Part shown: positions 44,581-45,379 of the stretch, piece after piece
How the letters are laid out: each line of letters begins with the position of its first letter
Numbering within the stretch: position 1 is the first letter of the stretch
Source of the DNA: Mariprofundaceae bacterium
GTDB taxonomy: Bacteria > Pseudomonadota > Zetaproteobacteria > Mariprofundales > Mariprofundaceae
Assembly (NCBI GenBank): GCA_035576205.1
Contig: DATLWR010000084.1
Coordinates: 1-45,379, forward strand
DNA length: 45,379 nt
Direction: 5' to 3'
The notes under the pieces: generated by a model
Databases searched by the model: none
What the model was told of the DNA's origin: nothing
What the model saw: the letters and a program-made list of their open reading frames with translations, nothing else
Program-made: the position numbers and the translations under genes

Positions 44581-45379
44581 ATGGCAGAAGCAGCAAAGGG
44601 TAGTGTCCAAAAGAAGAAGAGATCGCTGAGGCAACAATCCAACCGGAACATGCTGCTTTCGGTGCTGCTCTTCGCGGTTCTTGTCTCGACCGTCTTTTTC
44701 GCTTTCCAGCAGACCAAGGCGGGCATGCAATCGCTGAGCGGGCTGTACGGCGACCAGCTGCGGCTCGAACAGTTCAAGGCTTCTCTCCCCAACCTGTTGT
44801 TGCCGTTGAACGATTACACCATGACCGGCAACAGCCAGGATGTTCCGAAACTGAAGAGCGCAGCCGATGAGTTTCAGACGCTGTATACCGGTGTGGACGC
44901 GCTGCCCAGCCTTTCCGCCGACGACAAGAAACTGCTGACGCAGGTGTTCGGCCTGATGCGTGAGGTGATCACGATCTCGGATGATATCGTCAGCGGCAAG
45001 ATTCCCAGCGGGCAGGCCAACAACGTTGCCGTTGTGGCACAGAACCTGGTGTTTGTGGCACAGCAAAAGCTAAGTACCGTGGCCGAGCATCTGAACAGCT
45101 CGCTGAAGAGCGATACCGAGACAAAACGCGAACAGGTCGACCAGCAGTCCTACCTGATTCTCGGCATTATCGTCTTTCTCGTCATTCTGCTGGCCTTCCT
45201 CAGCCGCAGCCTGGTGAAAAACTTGACGCAGACCATTACCGATGTGGCCCGCAATGTGACCCAGACCTCCGCGGAGATCCTGCAGGCCGTGGACCAGCAG
45301 GCGAATGCTGCGGATACCCAGTCGAAGTCGGTGGAGCAGATCGCCATCGAACTGCGTCAGATGTCCGACGCATCGCGGA
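44581..45379 (+). CDS. Methyl-accepting chemotaxis protein-like transducer (5' part, runs off the window)
   Basis: Not in the ORF track because no stop is reached. I translated it by hand from ATG 44581 (AAGGGGAG RBS) and it is open for 266 codons to the window end. TM1 (MLLSVLLFAVLVSTVFFAF), a helical periplasmic region of about 150 aa, TM2 (YLILGIIVFLVILLAFL), then a Q/A/S/E-rich heptad segment (TQTSAEILQAVDQQANAADTQSKSVEQIAIELRQMS) like MCP cytoplasmic helices. The conserved signalling hairpin tip is not in the window. Confidence 0.6.
   Translation, partial: MAEAAKGSVQKKKRSLRQQSNRNMLLSVLLFAVLVSTVFFAFQQTKAGMQSLSGLYGDQLRLEQFKASLPNLLLPLNDYTMTGNSQDVPKLKSAADEFQTLYTGVDALPSLSADDKKLLTQVFGLMREVITISDDIVSGKIPSGQANNVAVVAQNLVFVAQQKLSTVAEHLNSSLKSDTETKREQVDQQSYLILGIIVFLVILLAFLSRSLVKNLTQTITDVARNVTQTSAEILQAVDQQANAADTQSKSVEQIAIELRQMSDASR

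Noticed and set aside
108-45066. Many very long ORFs lie antisense to or out of frame with the called genes: 108-1181(-), 1136-2074(-), 2011-3360(-), 5898-7334(-), 7412-9235(-), 15106-16395(-), 15993-18005(-), 20322-21662(-), 23199-23999(+), 24295-25158(+), 25349-26266(+), 35547-37049(-), 41871-43472(-), 43789-45066(-).
   Set aside because: - Each lies opposite or out of frame to a gene with unmistakable family motifs.
- Their translations are Arg/Ala/Gly/His-rich low-complexity strings with no motifs, RBS or sensible termini.
- GC-rich genomes with G/C-biased third positions routinely keep shadow frames open.
- Nothing suggests genuine overlapping genes.
1-45379. Search for rRNA, tRNA, tmRNA, CRISPR repeats, toxin-antitoxin pairs, restriction-modification or other defence genes.
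   Set aside because: All gaps between called genes are under 120 nt, except the 1-359 leader and the 132 nt divergent region at 33001-33132. None shows a cloverleaf-like or repeat-spacer structure. No ORF has nuclease, methylase or toxin hallmarks that I can recognise by eye. This is an eyeball survey and not an exhaustive computation.

Overview
This is a GC-rich bacterial chromosomal window with strong G/C third-position bias, from a diderm, proteobacterium-like organism. All family calls come from motif recognition in the supplied translations, because no searches could be run.

(1) 360-22809 is one uninterrupted + strand block of 25 tightly packed housekeeping genes, many with 1-4 nt stop/start overlaps. 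The order is rpsB-tsf-pyrH-frr-uppS-cdsA-dxr-rseP-bamA-skp-lpxD-fabZ-lpxA-lpxI-lpxB, then yceD-rpmF-plsX-fabH-fabD-fabG-acpP-fabF, then a PabB-like chorismate-utilising enzyme and a PlsC-like acyltransferase.

(2) 22821-26146 (-) holds three tandem PilT-family ATPases: pilT, pilU and a divergent third paralog.

(3) 26263-31208 holds apbE (-), erpA, a YadG/YadH-like ABC-2 exporter pair, aroK and rlmE (+), and tadA (-).

(4) 31205-33000 (-) encodes two peptide/nickel-type ABC permeases. Their candidate family-5 binding protein lies 5.7 kb away (38699-40381, -) and overlaps an MltD-like lytic transglycosylase (40351-41643, -). No ATPase gene for this importer is in the window.

(5) The intervening + strand block (33133-38684) encodes a Met-rich small exported protein, an orphan secreted protein, an OprB-like porin, a small CxxC membrane protein, a coiled-coil outer-membrane beta-barrel candidate, and a ZnuA/ZnuB-like binding protein and permease without an ATPase. 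It looks like a poorly characterised envelope metal-handling module.

(6) 41769-45379 (+) is the most unusual locus. A PilB/GspE-family secretion ATPase carries a complete C-terminal CheY-like receiver domain. It overlaps a CheW gene by 8 nt and is followed by an MCP-like transducer that runs off the window.

I recognised no rRNA, tRNA, CRISPR array, transposase or integrase. The many long antisense ORFs in the track are GC-driven shadows of the real genes.
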